From the NCBI RefSeq assembly GCF_009914755.1, contig NC_060928.1: DNA of 64,000 bases, one strand, 5' to 3'. A program made the translations under genes and the position numbers. Source of the DNA: the human T2T-CHM13v2.0 reference genome, Homo sapiens. Shown piece by piece: positions 13,031 to 26,400 of the stretch. Each line of letters opens with the position of its first letter. Within the stretch, counting starts at the first letter, position 1. Under the pieces are notes generated by a model. That model did no database searches and was not told the DNA's origin. It was given only the letters and a program-made list of their open reading frames with translations.

Positions 13031-16000
13031 TCATAAGCACTTGAACATAAACCTAGAAAAAATAAGTTTTGTTTTCATTTGCAGCACTTTTTAACAAAAT
13101 GTTGATGACTGTGGTCTAAAATTAATGAGAATGTAACATTTCCTTTGGAAAAAGGAATAGACTGTTAAACGTATTGGGAGAACTCAACAGAAAATAGACA
13201 AAGAAGAGGAAAAGATAGATGTGAATGGTCTTGTTGAGATGAACAAACCAAAATTAAAGAATGTTGGAAAATAACCCATTGAGCTCATTTACTAAATAGT
13301 AGGCATTTAGGTTCCAGACAATCAATAAAGTCTTCTTTTTTAAGTATACCCAGAAGGATAACTACGTGGCCAGAACCTCAGTGTATCTTCCAGATAGACA
13401 GCTATACATATATAGTGACAATTTTCCCAAGTCTAGGAACCGTGGAAGCTTAATATATCAACAAGAGAAGTAGTGTAGCATTTTGTGTTTCCGCCATATA
13501 AGCTGAATATGTATTTATTTATGGGTAATACTTATTAAACATTATCTAAATATAATAGGATTCTCCAAAGTAACATTTATGAAACCAGAGACAAATCTTA
13601 AAAAGTTCTAATCATGTGGCCTCTGGACCCAAAACGGACTGTGGAGATTCAAGGTGGGTGCTTAACCAACATCTCATCAAACTTAAAGCAATGGCTATTA
13701 TGACAACATATTTATTTTAAGAAAGCAAATGAAAAATTATGAAAAGGCTTTGTCTGTTTTTAAACAGAATATTTATGTTCATTCACATTGTTCTATGTTA
13801 TCTACTTTTAACTGTATAGAAAACTATTTTATGATTCACTAAAAATAATTTCTAACAGTTCCACCAGTACTTTTTGTCTTTTTCCCTTAACAGGGATCCT
13901 ATAATAAAATGAACTGGATGGCCTGACTTTCATTATGATGACTCTGAGTGAAATATCTCAAACAAGCTAACAGAGGACCCCAAAATAACAGACTTTTGTG
14001 AAAATATGATATAAAATAAACAGCCTGATGGATCAAAATTTTGTTTGGGGTTAGAGAATTTCCACAGTTTCATAAGAAGTCTAGAAGAACTGTTTCAATA
14101 ATGAAACAAGGAAATACTAGCCAGACTTCCAAATAACTTAGAAGATAGCAAAGAAGAATAAAACTAATTCAACATGTGACAAAGAAAAATGTAGCCCTGT
14201 AGGCAAGGCTCTGGCAAATCCTGATGTCAATAGTTTTAAGTGAAATTTTAAACCGAAGTTGATTGAAAGCCATTTTTGAACACGTATTGATACCTATTTA
14301 AGCATTCAAACAGCTATAACAAATAACTTTAAAGAGATCTCTCAAAAAATAAAAGACAACAAAATGGGAGACAGAGGGAGATGGATTGCAATTTATTCTA
14401 CAAAATTTCAGAGCAAAAAATTGCAGGCAATAAAATATTAAGATTATATTTTATCAACAATATCAAATATCAAAACAGTAGATGCAAACATTTAATGTAA
14501 ATGGTATTACTGGAAAATGATATTTATTACCAAAACGTATAACTAGTTCTACCCAAGATACGTGCCAAATATTTTAAAACAGTGCGTATCTTTTTTCTAT
14601 ATAGGGGAATCTGGAAATAATATTCCTCTGTGATGCTGCCCCACACTGATGGACACTTTCTGTTTTCCTGCACAGTGTCTCCAAATTACATCATTATTAG
14701 TACAAATATAGGTGGCTTTTTTGCAGAATATAATCTAGTTATCTTTGATAATGTAGCAATAATAGACTGAGTAGAAATTAACATAATGATTTTCCCTCTT
14801 TATCAATAAGACACAGAAATATAATAACCAAAGTGTTGAGAACTGTGTGAACAGATTCAAGTATTTCAATTTCAAATGGTCCTGGTTATAATTCTGAAAT
14901 TCATACCTCAAAATCAAAGCATGCTTTAAAAATAACTCAATCAGTAAAGTATGGGCAAAACTGTAACCAGCTTTACCAATCAGTTAAATAAAAAACACAA
15001 ACTAATTACAGATACTGATAGGTAAAATTTAAAAATATAAACTGAATTTTCATTGCCTACTAGTGAGAGAAACCCAATAGCTTGCTAGTTTGCAATGCTA
15101 ATTCTATACCTCAATCCATTTATTTTGCACATTTTGGTCTTGATTGACTATTCTTTCGGTTATTGCTATAGAGCCCACTTCAGGAGCAGACAGATTCCCA
15201 TGGCAAGTATCACCATTTCCTTGTTACTTTCACAAATAGATCATACTTCTCTAGATCCAACAACTCTGGTTTGTCCTCTGGTTTCAGCTGTTCTTTCTCC
15301 TCTCCCCTTTTGTGCCGTGACATTTTCTTTTACTTGATTTTCTTTAAACTCATCTGTTAGCACTTTATCTCTAATCCTTCTCTCTTTCATATATTACATC
15401 TCTCCTGCCCAGTTTTCCTTTCCCCAGCCCCCTTTCAAGTTTCAAGAACGCTACATGGTCTGCTCAAGTTCTTTCATATGCTCCCCTTCTTCTCAGCTTG
15501 GTCAGAAGGTCCATTTATCTTCCCTTCAGGAAACCTCCATCACAGAACTGTGAGAAGAAAAAGAGACTGGCCATTGCCACCTGGAGGGAGATTCTTGCTA
15601 AGAATCCAAACAAATCTATACTGGTTTCTGTTTCTTCAGTTTAAAGCAACATCCAATAGAATAAAAGCCACATATCAAATGTGTCAGCCCCAAGGAACAG
15701 CAGATATTGAGTTCAGCGTTATTTGAAGCATAGCAATTATTCTCTTATATTTCTCCTCTTTAATCTATTCTTACCTTAAATTCTCCTTGACAATGTCTCT
15801 GACAACAAGCTTCAAATGCATTGGCACAGGATCATAGACCCTGTTTTATCTGTAGGAAGAGGCAGGAAAGAAGATGGTGGTGAGAAGAAAGGAAGTGCCA
15901 CTATAGTTAACCTCGGGACAGCGCTGGTAAAACTCTCAGTGGTACTCATGTGGTTGGTGGTTGCTGAAATCTATGTGTCAGAAACACTTTCCTGGCTGCA

Positions 16001-16265
16001 TAGTAGACTCCAGGATACAATGAAGAAGAACCATATGTTAGAATCTTTATTAGAAAGATTTCATGTAAGAAACTAAGAATTAATAGGGGAATAAATGAGA
16101 GGGGGTGAGGGTAGGAGAAAGGAGAAACATGAAACAATGAAACAGATGAAAATGAAATGCCAAGTGTTCTAGCTATTTTCCTAAGACTTTACTGTTTGCT
16201 GATTACTAACACTATATCCTGTGAGTTAATTTAACATTGGCAATGGGATCACTTGAGGAGAGGTA

Positions 16266-17146
16266 CACGCATACCTTAGAAATATTGCAAGTTCACTTTC
16301 AGACCAATGCAATAAAATGAATATTGCAATAAAGCAAGTCACACAAATTTTTGGTTTTTTAATGTCTTAATGCATATGACAGTTATGTTTACACTATATT
16401 GTATTCTATTAAGTGTACAATAGAATTATGTCTTAAAAACAGTGTACCTACCATAATTTAAAAATATCTTATCGCTAAAAAAATGCTAATGATCATCTAA
16501 GCTTTCATCAAGTCATAATTTTTTGCTTGTAGAAGGTTCACTGGAGTAGTACTTTTAATATTTGTCAAGAGTGTTTCCTTTGCATTCCCCACTTGGCTAA
16601 CTCTTCGGCACAAGAGTCCTAGCTTCTAGCCTATTTGGGCTTTTCAGAAGCCTTCCTCACAAAGCTTAATCATTTCTAGCTTTTGATTTAGAGTGAGAGA
16701 TGTGCAACTCTTCCCTTTACTTGAACCCCCTACAGGTCATTGCAGGATTATTAACTGGCCTAATTTCAATATTGTCATGTCTCAGATAATAGAGAGGCCC
16801 AAGGAGATAGAAATAAGGGGACCTGCTGGTCAGTGGAGCAGTCAGAACACGCACATCATTTATTGATTAAGTTAATCATCTTACATTGGGTGCCGTTCCT
16901 GGAGCCCCAAAACCATTATGACAGTAGTATGAAAGATCAGTGATCACAAGTCACCATCACAGATATAACAATCATTTAAAATTTGAAATCTTGTGAGAAT
17001 TACCAAAATATGACAGGGAGACAGGAAGTGAACATATGCTGTTGAAAAAATGCTTGATGCAGCATTGCCACAAACAATTAATTTGTAAGAAATGCAGTAT
17101 TTACTAAGCACAATAAAGCAAAATGCAATAAAACAATGTACGCCTG
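16266..17146 (-). mobile_element. Tigger1 (TcMar-Tigger) internal-deletion derivative retaining both termini
   Basis: Left end ta|cacgcataccttagaaatattgc and right end gcaataaaacaatgtacgcctg|ca match the Tigger1 inverted termini (CAGGCATACC...). About 880 bp versus ~2.4 kb for a full element. Confidence 0.85.
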
Positions 17147-17429
17147 CAATTCTACTTGCCTATTTGTAAATAAGATTATTTTTTATGTCTCATACATAAA
17201 GGATAGGTAAAGAGACGAACAGGTCAGGACTTGAAAGAACACTTATTGGCTGTTGTAGTGGAAAGAAAAAAATGAGGGAATGGGTCTAGATCTGGCTTAC
17301 CAACTGACTAGTGTATGAGCTTAGAATAGAAAGTGAGTTCCAGACATCTTCAGGCCTTCAAAAACAAAATAAAAATTCTCTATGATCTCAATTTCTGTAT
17401 TTACGAAAGAATCTCATTGAACATGTTTA

Positions 17430-17590
17430 ATGATAATACTATCATTCGAATTAACACTTTGTGCCAGGTGAATACTATGAATTATTCTGTTTAGATATAA
17501 ATAAATAGAGGAGCTAAATAACTTAGCCAATATCATATACATAATATTTAAAATCTTAGCCCAGAATCCAGAACCTTAAACACCAGAGTA
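17430..17590 (-). mobile_element. MIR fragment
   Basis: cactttgtgccaggt...gctaaataacttagccaatatcata. Confidence 0.45.
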
Positions 17591-17919
17591 TATATATTTT
17601 ATTGTTTCCTGCTCAAATTTCCCTTCAAAAAGCAATGCCTTGGCTATCAAATTTTTCATCACATTGTGGCCATGTAATCTGGATTGTTTTAATCATATTT
17701 TGAAGATACATTTGATTTTCATAAAAGCTATTAAACAGTGTCACTGCTGGAATCATATGTATGTTATTTATACATATTACTTACTTTATATATATTTATA
17801 TATTATCTGTTAGAATTATGTTTATAAAGATGTGAGGCTGAAGTGACTGCAGCGATTTTACTGCCATAAAGGTGGACTCTGAGTGAGACAGGAAAAAGAG
17901 CTAAGAAGATGGAAAAAAA

Positions 17920-18022
17920 AATTGTGATAGTTTTATGCTAATATTCAATTCTCAAAACTCATCAAATTATACTAAAGATCTATGCACTTAATGTGTATTA
18001 ATTTAACTTAAATTTCAAAAGA
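17920..18022 (+). mobile_element. Old L1M 3' end fragment
   Basis: tcaaaactcatcaaattatactaaagatctatgcactta...ttaacttaaatttcaaaa. Confidence 0.5.
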
Positions 18023-18065
18023 AGGTGATATTCCATTCTGTTCCTGCTTACATCAGTAATATCTA

Positions 18066-18268
18066 GATCTACTATCCAATACTATGACTATTAGCCATAT
18101 GTGACTATATAATTTTAAATTAAATAAAATTTAAAATTTAGTTCCTTCATTGCACTAGCCATATTTTAATCGCTCAGTAAGTGCATATAGCTAATCACTG
18201 CTGTATTCATCAGTGGAGACATAGAACATTTACATTATTGCAGAATGCTCTCTATCAGGTAGGACTAA
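18066..18268. mobile_element. MER3/MER33-like hAT-Charlie MITE
   Basis: tccaatactatgactattagccatatgtgactat...aaaatttagttccttcattgcactagccatatttt...acatagaacattt. Confidence 0.7.
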
Positions 18269-18299
18269 TGTAAAAAACATGCCATACACTCAATGATTT

Positions 18300-18393
18300 A
18301 GCAATAACCATTATTTGTTGCTAATTTATTTAGTTTATTTTGTTGATTGAGCAATAACCATTATTGCGAATTTATCTAGGTGATTTTGTTGAT
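18300..18393. repeat. Diverged ~50-bp tandem duplication
   Basis: agcaataaccattatt...aatttat.tag.t.attttgttgat occurs twice, starting at 18300 and 18350. Confidence 0.75.
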
Positions 18394-20483
18394 CCATATG
18401 ACTACCCTCTTATTCCTTTCCTTTTTTTATTGACAAAATTTCCCATCATGTTTGCAAGTTTATCTTCCATTCTGTTCATTTTAATCTTAATGTACTCCAG
18501 TAGGACACAGGGGATCACCCTAAATACCCACACCAACCATAGCCTTGACTTTAAACCTACATATATCCTCTACTCTCCAAACACAATTAGCATAGGCTCA
18601 TAGTGACCGATTACTCTCTTATTCAAATTACAACTTGAGTTTTTAGTCCAACTTCTTCAACTGAACATTTCTTTCTACCATGGTGCCTTTGAAACAGACC
18701 ATATCCTAAAACAATGTTATAATCCTTTAGAAAAATGATTTCTATCTTGTTTCCTATTATCATCTCCTCTTTATTTTATTTCTATCAAAATAATCTTATG
18801 TATCCTTTTCTTTAATGTCCTTCATGACTACTTTGATCAACATTATACTTTCCATTCACTCAACAATAGCCACACCTGCTTTGGAACAATGCATTGCCAT
18901 TGAATCATATTATGTCTTGAACTGAAATTAAATGTTATTGTGTAATTAAAAAAATAGTCTCTAAATGAGCATGTACTTGAATTATAATGCATACCAAAAA
19001 TGTTAGCTGTCATCATTATTATGTATATATACGGCCTTGGAACCTGAATGATAAAGCCCTTAATAACAGAAAAAATATATCCAATAATTTTAGTTCATCT
19101 ACAACATCAGTGCCTAATAACATTTTTATGCATATTTCTTATCTGTACAGCTTATATAGATTAAAAATGATACCTTGTTCCACACATATAGGTGATCAGC
19201 AAAATTGAAAGATTTTAATTACAACATATGCAAACAATTTGAATGCAAATCAGAACAATAGAGTATAATCCTCTACTAGATGAAAGAGCAATGTAAAAGA
19301 AATCAGCTCCGAATTTCTTAACATCAATGCATGTTGTTTATTTGATGTTTAACTCCCATGTAAACACTATTTAAAAGAAAACATAACAGCTCATTGTCAA
19401 ATCAAACATACTTTCTTGAAACAAAGAGCCAGAACACAATGACACAATGAGCTGCTCATCCTACAAACCAACTGCTCTGAGCAGCCTTCTCTCTCCCCTT
19501 TGGCAGATGGTACTTGTAATGATTGCTCTCAAATGAGGAAGTGGGTTGAAGCAGGCTTGTATTTACAATTATGGCTCTCCCATAAGAAGGCTGACTAGGG
19601 TTCTAAAGCTAATTAGTTCTGTCCACATCTCAATATTTTATGTTCCTCTAGCCCACAATCATTTTGCAATTACGAAGAGGGGAGAACCTAGGGAAAGGGC
19701 AGAGAAAAACTAAAGATATAGATAAGCACCTTATAATGTTATTCTCTTTAAAATTTTAGGTAAAATAATAGTCTTAAAAGCATTGCTATTGTTACAAAAA
19801 GTCATGGGCATATGACAGTTCAAGATACAAGGAGACAAATATTTCTACACAAGAAATGAATATGTGAAATATCAGTTTCAAACCTATGCTTGTTCATATC
19901 ATTCTGAAAACATATTAGAAAGGAGGTTTGAGATTATGCATTGCATTGAAAGTCCCTTAAGCACAGACAGCTGGAGCTCAGTTGGGGAGAATTTGACTGC
20001 TGCTATATCTGAGTGAAGAATTTTTTTTTTCAGTTTTTTAAAAAGGAACACTAACATAACAAGATATATGGCTATTGTAAAAGGCTGAGAGTGTGAGGAC
20101 AGGGAAAATAAGTGGAAACTGACTTAAGTTTTGTAAATGGGAGCCGCATTCCTGAGAAAAGTTAAGCTAGTAAGCCAATCACCATCAATCTCCATACAGA
20201 ATATAATTCAATCAAAAGCAAAAGTATATTAAAAAGTAAGTTGCTACATGTCATTGATTTTTAATAGTTGTCATATAAATAAAATCTCCATAATAAAGAT
20301 GCAGTACACATATACTCTGCCAGGCTCACAAAAACGAAATAAAAGTCTCAAACAAGACATTTATATCCATGAAAGTATGGAACTTGACCTTCTAAAACTC
20401 AGTATTCCTCTTTCTCTCTCTCCCTGTATTGACTAGACTGCATTAGTAAACCTTCACTGTTAGCCCTGAGAGTGTCTTTATAC

Positions 20484-23400
20484 TTAATTTTTAATTTTTG
20501 TAGTGACATAGTAGATGTATATATTTATGGGGTATCTGAGATGTTTTGATACAGGCATGCAATGTAAAATAAGCACATCATAGAGATGTCCCTCAAACAT
20601 TTATCCCTTGACTTACAAACAATTCAGTTATACTCAAGTTATTTTAAAATGTACAATTAAGTTATTAATGACTATAGCCATCTCATTGTGCTATCAAATA
20701 GTAGCTCTTATTCATTCTTTTTTTTCTTTTTTTTTTTTTAACCAGATAGTGATCCCCACCTCCTGTCAGCCCCCTACCACTCTTCCCAGCCTCTGGTAAT
20801 CATCCTTCTGCTCTCTGTGTCCATGAGTTCAGTTGTTTTTAATTTTTAGCTCCCACATATAAGTGAGAACATGCGATATTTTTCTTTCTGTGCCTGGCTT
20901 ATTTCACTTAACAAAATGGTCTGCAGTTCCATCCATGTTGTACAAATGACTAGATCTCATTATTTTTTATGACTAAATAGTACTCCATTGTGTATGTGGA
21001 CCACAGTTTCTTTATTCATTCATCTGTTGATGGTTACTTAGGTTGCTTCCAAATTTTAGCTATTGTAAACGTGCTGCAAAAATCATGAGTGTGGATGTCT
21101 CTTCAATATACTGATTTCCCTTCTTTGTGACATATAACCAGCAGTGAGATTGCTACATCATACGGTAGCTCAATTTTTAGTTCTTTGAGGAATCTCCAAA
21201 CTGTTCTCCACAGTGGTTTCACTAATTTACATTCCCACCAACAGTATAAAATGGTTTCCTTTACTCCACATCCTTGCCAGCATTTGTTATTGCTTCTCTT
21301 TTGGATATAAACCATTTTAACTGGGCAAGATGATATCTCATTGCAATTTTGATTTGCATCTCTCTAATGATCACTGATACTGAGCATCTTTTCATATGCT
21401 TGTTTGCCATTTACATGTCTTCCTTTGAGAAATGTCTTCAAATTTTGTTCATTTTTATCAGATTATTATTTTCCTATACAGTTGTTTGCATTCCTTATAT
21501 ATTTTGGTTATTAATCCCTTGTCAGATGGGTAGTTTGCAAATATTTTCTCCTGAAAACTCTCATACTGCAAAATCCAAAGGATCCAAATGTGCCTCTTCC
21601 CTTCCTTGATTGTATCCATTGCTGCACAGAAGCTTTTAAACTTGGTGTAATCCCATGTGTCTATTATTGCTTTGGTTGCCTGTGCTTGTGGGATATTACT
21701 CAAGAAATTTTTGCCCAAACCAATGTCATGGAGATTGCCCCCAATGTTTTCTCATAGTAGTTTCATAGTTTGAGATATTAAAGTATTTAATCCATTTTGA
21801 TTTTGTATATTGCAAGAGGTAGGGGTCTAGCTTATTATTCTGCTTATAGATATCCAGCTTTCCCAGCACCATTTATGGAAGAGTCTGTCTTTTCCCAAGT
21901 ATATGTTCTTGGCACCTTTGTTGAAAGTGAGTTCACTGTAGTTGTGCGGACTTCTTCCTGGGTTCTCTATTCTGTTCCATTGGTCTATGTGTCTGGTTTT
22001 ATGCCAGTATATGCTGTTTTGGTTACTATAGCTCATTAGTATAATTTGAAGTAGGTGGTGTGATTACCCCAGTTTTGTTTCCTTTTCTAAGGATAGCTTT
22101 CGCTATTCTGGGTCTTTCATGGTTCCATATAAATTTTAAGATTTTCTTTTTCTACTTCCATGAAGAATGTCATTGGTATTTTAATAGGGATTGCATTGAA
22201 TCTATAGATTGCTTTGAGGAATATGGACGTTTTAACGGTATCAATTCTTCCAATTCATGAACATGAAATATTTTTCCCTTTTTTGGTGTCTTTTTCAACT
22301 TATTTTCTTTTAGTCTTTTATAGTATTCATTGTAGAGATCTTTCACTTCTTTAGTAAAATTAAATTTACTTAATTTTATATGTGAGTAGTGCAAATGGGA
22401 TTACTTTTTAAATTTCTTTTTCACATTGTTCACTGATGGCATATAGACATGCTTCTGATTTTTGTATGCAGATTTCCTATATAGCAACATTACCGAATTT
22501 GTTTATTAGTTCTAATCATTTTCTTGTTGAGTCTTTAGGCTTTTCCAAACGTAAGATTATATTATCTGCAAACAAGGCTATTTTGACTTCCTCGTTTCCA
22601 ATTTGCATGCCCTTTGTATCTTTCTCTTGTCTGATTTCTCTAGCTAGGACTTCCAGCACTATGTCGAATAACAGTGGCAACGGTTATTCGTCAGTGGACG
22701 AATAACAGTGGACATCCTTGCCATGTTTCAGATCTTACAGAAAGAGCATTCAGGTTTTCCTTATTTGGTATGGTAGTAGCTGTAGATCTGTCATATACGG
22801 CTTTTATTATGTTGAGGTATGTTCCTTCTATCCCCAGTTTTTTTGAGGGCTTTTTATCATGATATTGAGTTTTATCAAATGCTTTTTCAGCATTAATTGA
22901 AATAATCATTTGGTTTTTATCCTTCATTCTGTTGATATGAGGTATCACATTGATTGATTTGCATATGTTGAAGCATCATTGCCTCTCAGAGATAAATCTC
23001 AGTTGGTAATAAAGAATGATCCTTCTAATGTATTGCTGAATTTGATTTGCTAGAATTTTGCTGAGGATTTTTGGATTATTGCTCATCAGATATATTGGCC
23101 TGTAGTTTTCTATCAGGGTAATTCTGGCCTCACAGAATGAGTTTGGAAGTATTCCTCCCTCCTCTATTTTTTGTAACAGTTTGGGTAGAACTAGTATTTA
23201 TTCTTAGATGTTTGGTATAATTCAGTGGTAAAGCCATCAAGTCCTGGGTTTTCTTTACTGGGAGACTATTTATTATGGCTTCAATCTTGTTAATTTTTAT
23301 TTGTCTTTTCAAGTTTCGGATTTCTTTATGTTTCAATCTTGTTAGGTTGTGTGTGTCTAGGAATTTGTCCATTTCTTATAAATTATCCAATTTATTGCTA

Positions 23401-26400
23401 TATAGTTGCTCATGATAGCCACTAATGATCCTTTGGATTTTGCAGTATCAGTTGTAATGTCTTCTTTTCCATATCTGATTTTATTTATTTGGATCTTCTC
23501 CCTTTTTTATAGTGAGTCTTGCTAAAGGGTTGTCAATTTATTTTAACTTTTTTAAAAACTGTTTTTTGTTTCATTGATCTGTTATATTTTTGTTTATTTC
23601 AATTTCATTTATCTCTGCTCTGATCCTTATTATTCCTTTTCTTCTACTATTTTTGGGTTTGGTTTGCTTTATTTTCTAGTTCATTAAAATGCACTGTTAG
23701 ATTGTTTATTTAAAGCTTTTCATCTTTTTTGATGCAGGCACATTTAGCTATAAACTACCCTCTTAGTACTACTTTTGTATCCCATAGATTTTGGTATGTT
23801 GTATTTCTATTATCTTTTGTTTCAAGAAATTTTTCAATTTTCTTCTTAATTTCTTCATTGGCCCACTGGTCATTTAGGAGCATATTGTTTAATTTTCATG
23901 TGTTTGCATAGTTTCCAAAATTATTCCTGTTATTCATTTCTAGTTTTATTTCATTGGGGTCATAGAAGATGTTTGATATTATTTCAACTTTATTGAATGT
24001 TTTAAGACTTTTTTCTGACCGAGCATATAGTCTATCCTTAAGAATAATCCATGAACTGAGGAAAAGAATGTCTATTCTGCAGCCACTGAATGAAATATTT
24101 TGTAAATATCTGTTAGATCCATTTGGTCTACAGTACAGATTAAGTGAGATGTTTCTTTGTTAATTTTCTGTCTGGAAGATCTGTCTAATGTGAAGGTAAG
24201 TTGTTTAAGTCACCAGCTATTATTGTATAGGGATCTATCTCTCTCTTTAGCTCTAATAATATTTCCTTTATATATCTGAATGCTCCAGTGTTGGGTGTAT
24301 ATATATTTATAATTGTTATATCCTCTTTTTAATTGATCTTTTTATCATTATATAGTGACCTTCTTCATCTCTTCTTATAATTTTTGTCTTGATATATATT
24401 TTATCTAAGTATAGCAACTTCTGCTCTTTTTTTTTTGGATTCCATTGGCATGGAATATCTTTTCTATCTCTTTATTTTCAGTCTATGTGTGTCTTTACAG
24501 TTGAAGTTTGTTTTTCTAGGAAATAGATCTATATTTCTTGTTTCTTCAGCCATTCAGCCAGTCTACGTCATTTGATTGTAGAGTTCAGTCTGTTTGCATT
24601 CAATATTATTAATGATAAGTAAGGACTTACTACTTCTGCCATTTTGTTATCAGTTTTCTGGTTGTTTTGTAATATTCTCTTCTTTCTTTCTTTCCTTTCT
24701 GCCTTCCTTTAGTGAAGGTGATTTTCTCTGATGATATGATTTAATTTGACTCTTTTTATTTTTTGTGTATTTGTTGCATGCTTTTGATTTGAAGTGACCA
24801 ATGAGCTTGCAAATACTATCTTATAAACCATTATCTGAAGCAGATAACAACTTAATGCTGTTTATATAAATAAACATGTAAAACTAATAAAATCTCTGTG
24901 CTTTAACTTCATTGCCTTGCTTTTTCATTTTTTGTTGGTTTTATTTAATTCTTATTGTACTGTCTATGTCTTGAAAAGTTGTTGTAGTTATTTTTTATTG
25001 GTTCATCTTTTACTCTTTCAATTTAAGAGTACTTTACACACCACAGTTAGTGCTATAATAGTCTGTGTTTTCTTGTGTACCTACTATTGCCAGTAAGTTT
25101 TGTACCATCAGATGATATCTTATTGCACGTTATTATCCTTTGCTTTCTGATTAAACTACACCCTTTAGCATTTTTTTAGAGAAGTCTGGTGTTGATAAAA
25201 TCCTTCAGCTTTTGACTCTCTGGGAAAGTCTTTTTTTCTCCTTCATGTTAGAAGAATATTCTTGCCAGATATACTATTCTAGGCTAAAAGTTATTTTTTC
25301 CTCCAGTGCTTTAAATATGTCATGGCACTTTTCTTGGCCTGTAAGATTTCCACTGAAATATCTGCTGATAGATGTATTGGAGCTCCATTGTATGTTATTT
25401 GTTTCTTTTCTCTTGCTGCTTTTAGAATCCCTTCTTTGTCCTTAACCTATGTGAGTTTGAATATTGAATGCCTTAAGGTAGTCTTCTTTGGGTGAAATCT
25501 GCTTGGTGTTCTACAACCTTCTTGTTTGTACTTGGATATTGATATCTTTCTCTAGGTTTGGAAGTTCTCTGCTATTACCTCTTTGAGTAAACTTTCTACC
25601 TCTATTTCTTTCTCTACCTCCTCCCTTAGGTCAATAACTTTTAGATTTGACTCTTTGGGGTGCTTTTCTAGATCCTGTAGGCATGCTTCATTATGTATTA
25701 TTCTTTCTCCTTTTGTCTTTTCTGTGTATTTTCAAGGCTTTTCTTTAAGCTAATTCTTTCTTCTGCTTGATCAATTCTGCTATTAAAGGATTCGATACAT
25801 TCTTCAGTATGCCAATTGTGTTTTTTAGTTTGAGAATTTCTGCTTGTTTCTTTTCAGTTATTTCAATTTATCTTATAGATTTCTGAATTTCTTCTCAGTG
25901 TTATCTCGTTTGAATTTCCTCAATGCAGCTTCTTATTGAGAATTCTTATTTTGAATTCTTATTTTGAATTCTCTGTCTAAAGGCCACATATCTGTTTCTC
26001 CAGGATTGTGTCTGGGTGACTTGATTGGTTTATTTGGTGAGGTTATGTTTTCCTGGATGGTGTTTTGATGCTAGTAGATTTTCTTCAATGTCTGGGCATT
26101 GAAGAGTAACATATTTATTGTAGTCTTCACTATCTAGGTTTAGCCATCCTTCTTGGGAAAGCTTTCAAGATATCTGAAAGGACTTAAGTGTTGTGATCTA
26201 AGCTGTATCTAATTTAAAGGACACCTCAAGCCCAGTAACACTGTGGTTCTTGCAGAGTCAGGGAGATACCACCTTTATGGTCTTGGACAATATCCAGGAG
26301 AATTCTCTGGATTAACAGGCAGAGACATTTGTTCTCTTCCCTTACTTTCTCCCCAACAGAATCTTTCTCTCTCTTTCTTTCTTTCTCTCTCTCTCTCTCT

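Noticed and set aside
25939-25972. gaattcttatttt tandem duplication creating three EcoRI sites
   Set aside because: Simple slippage within L1; not evidence of engineered sequence.
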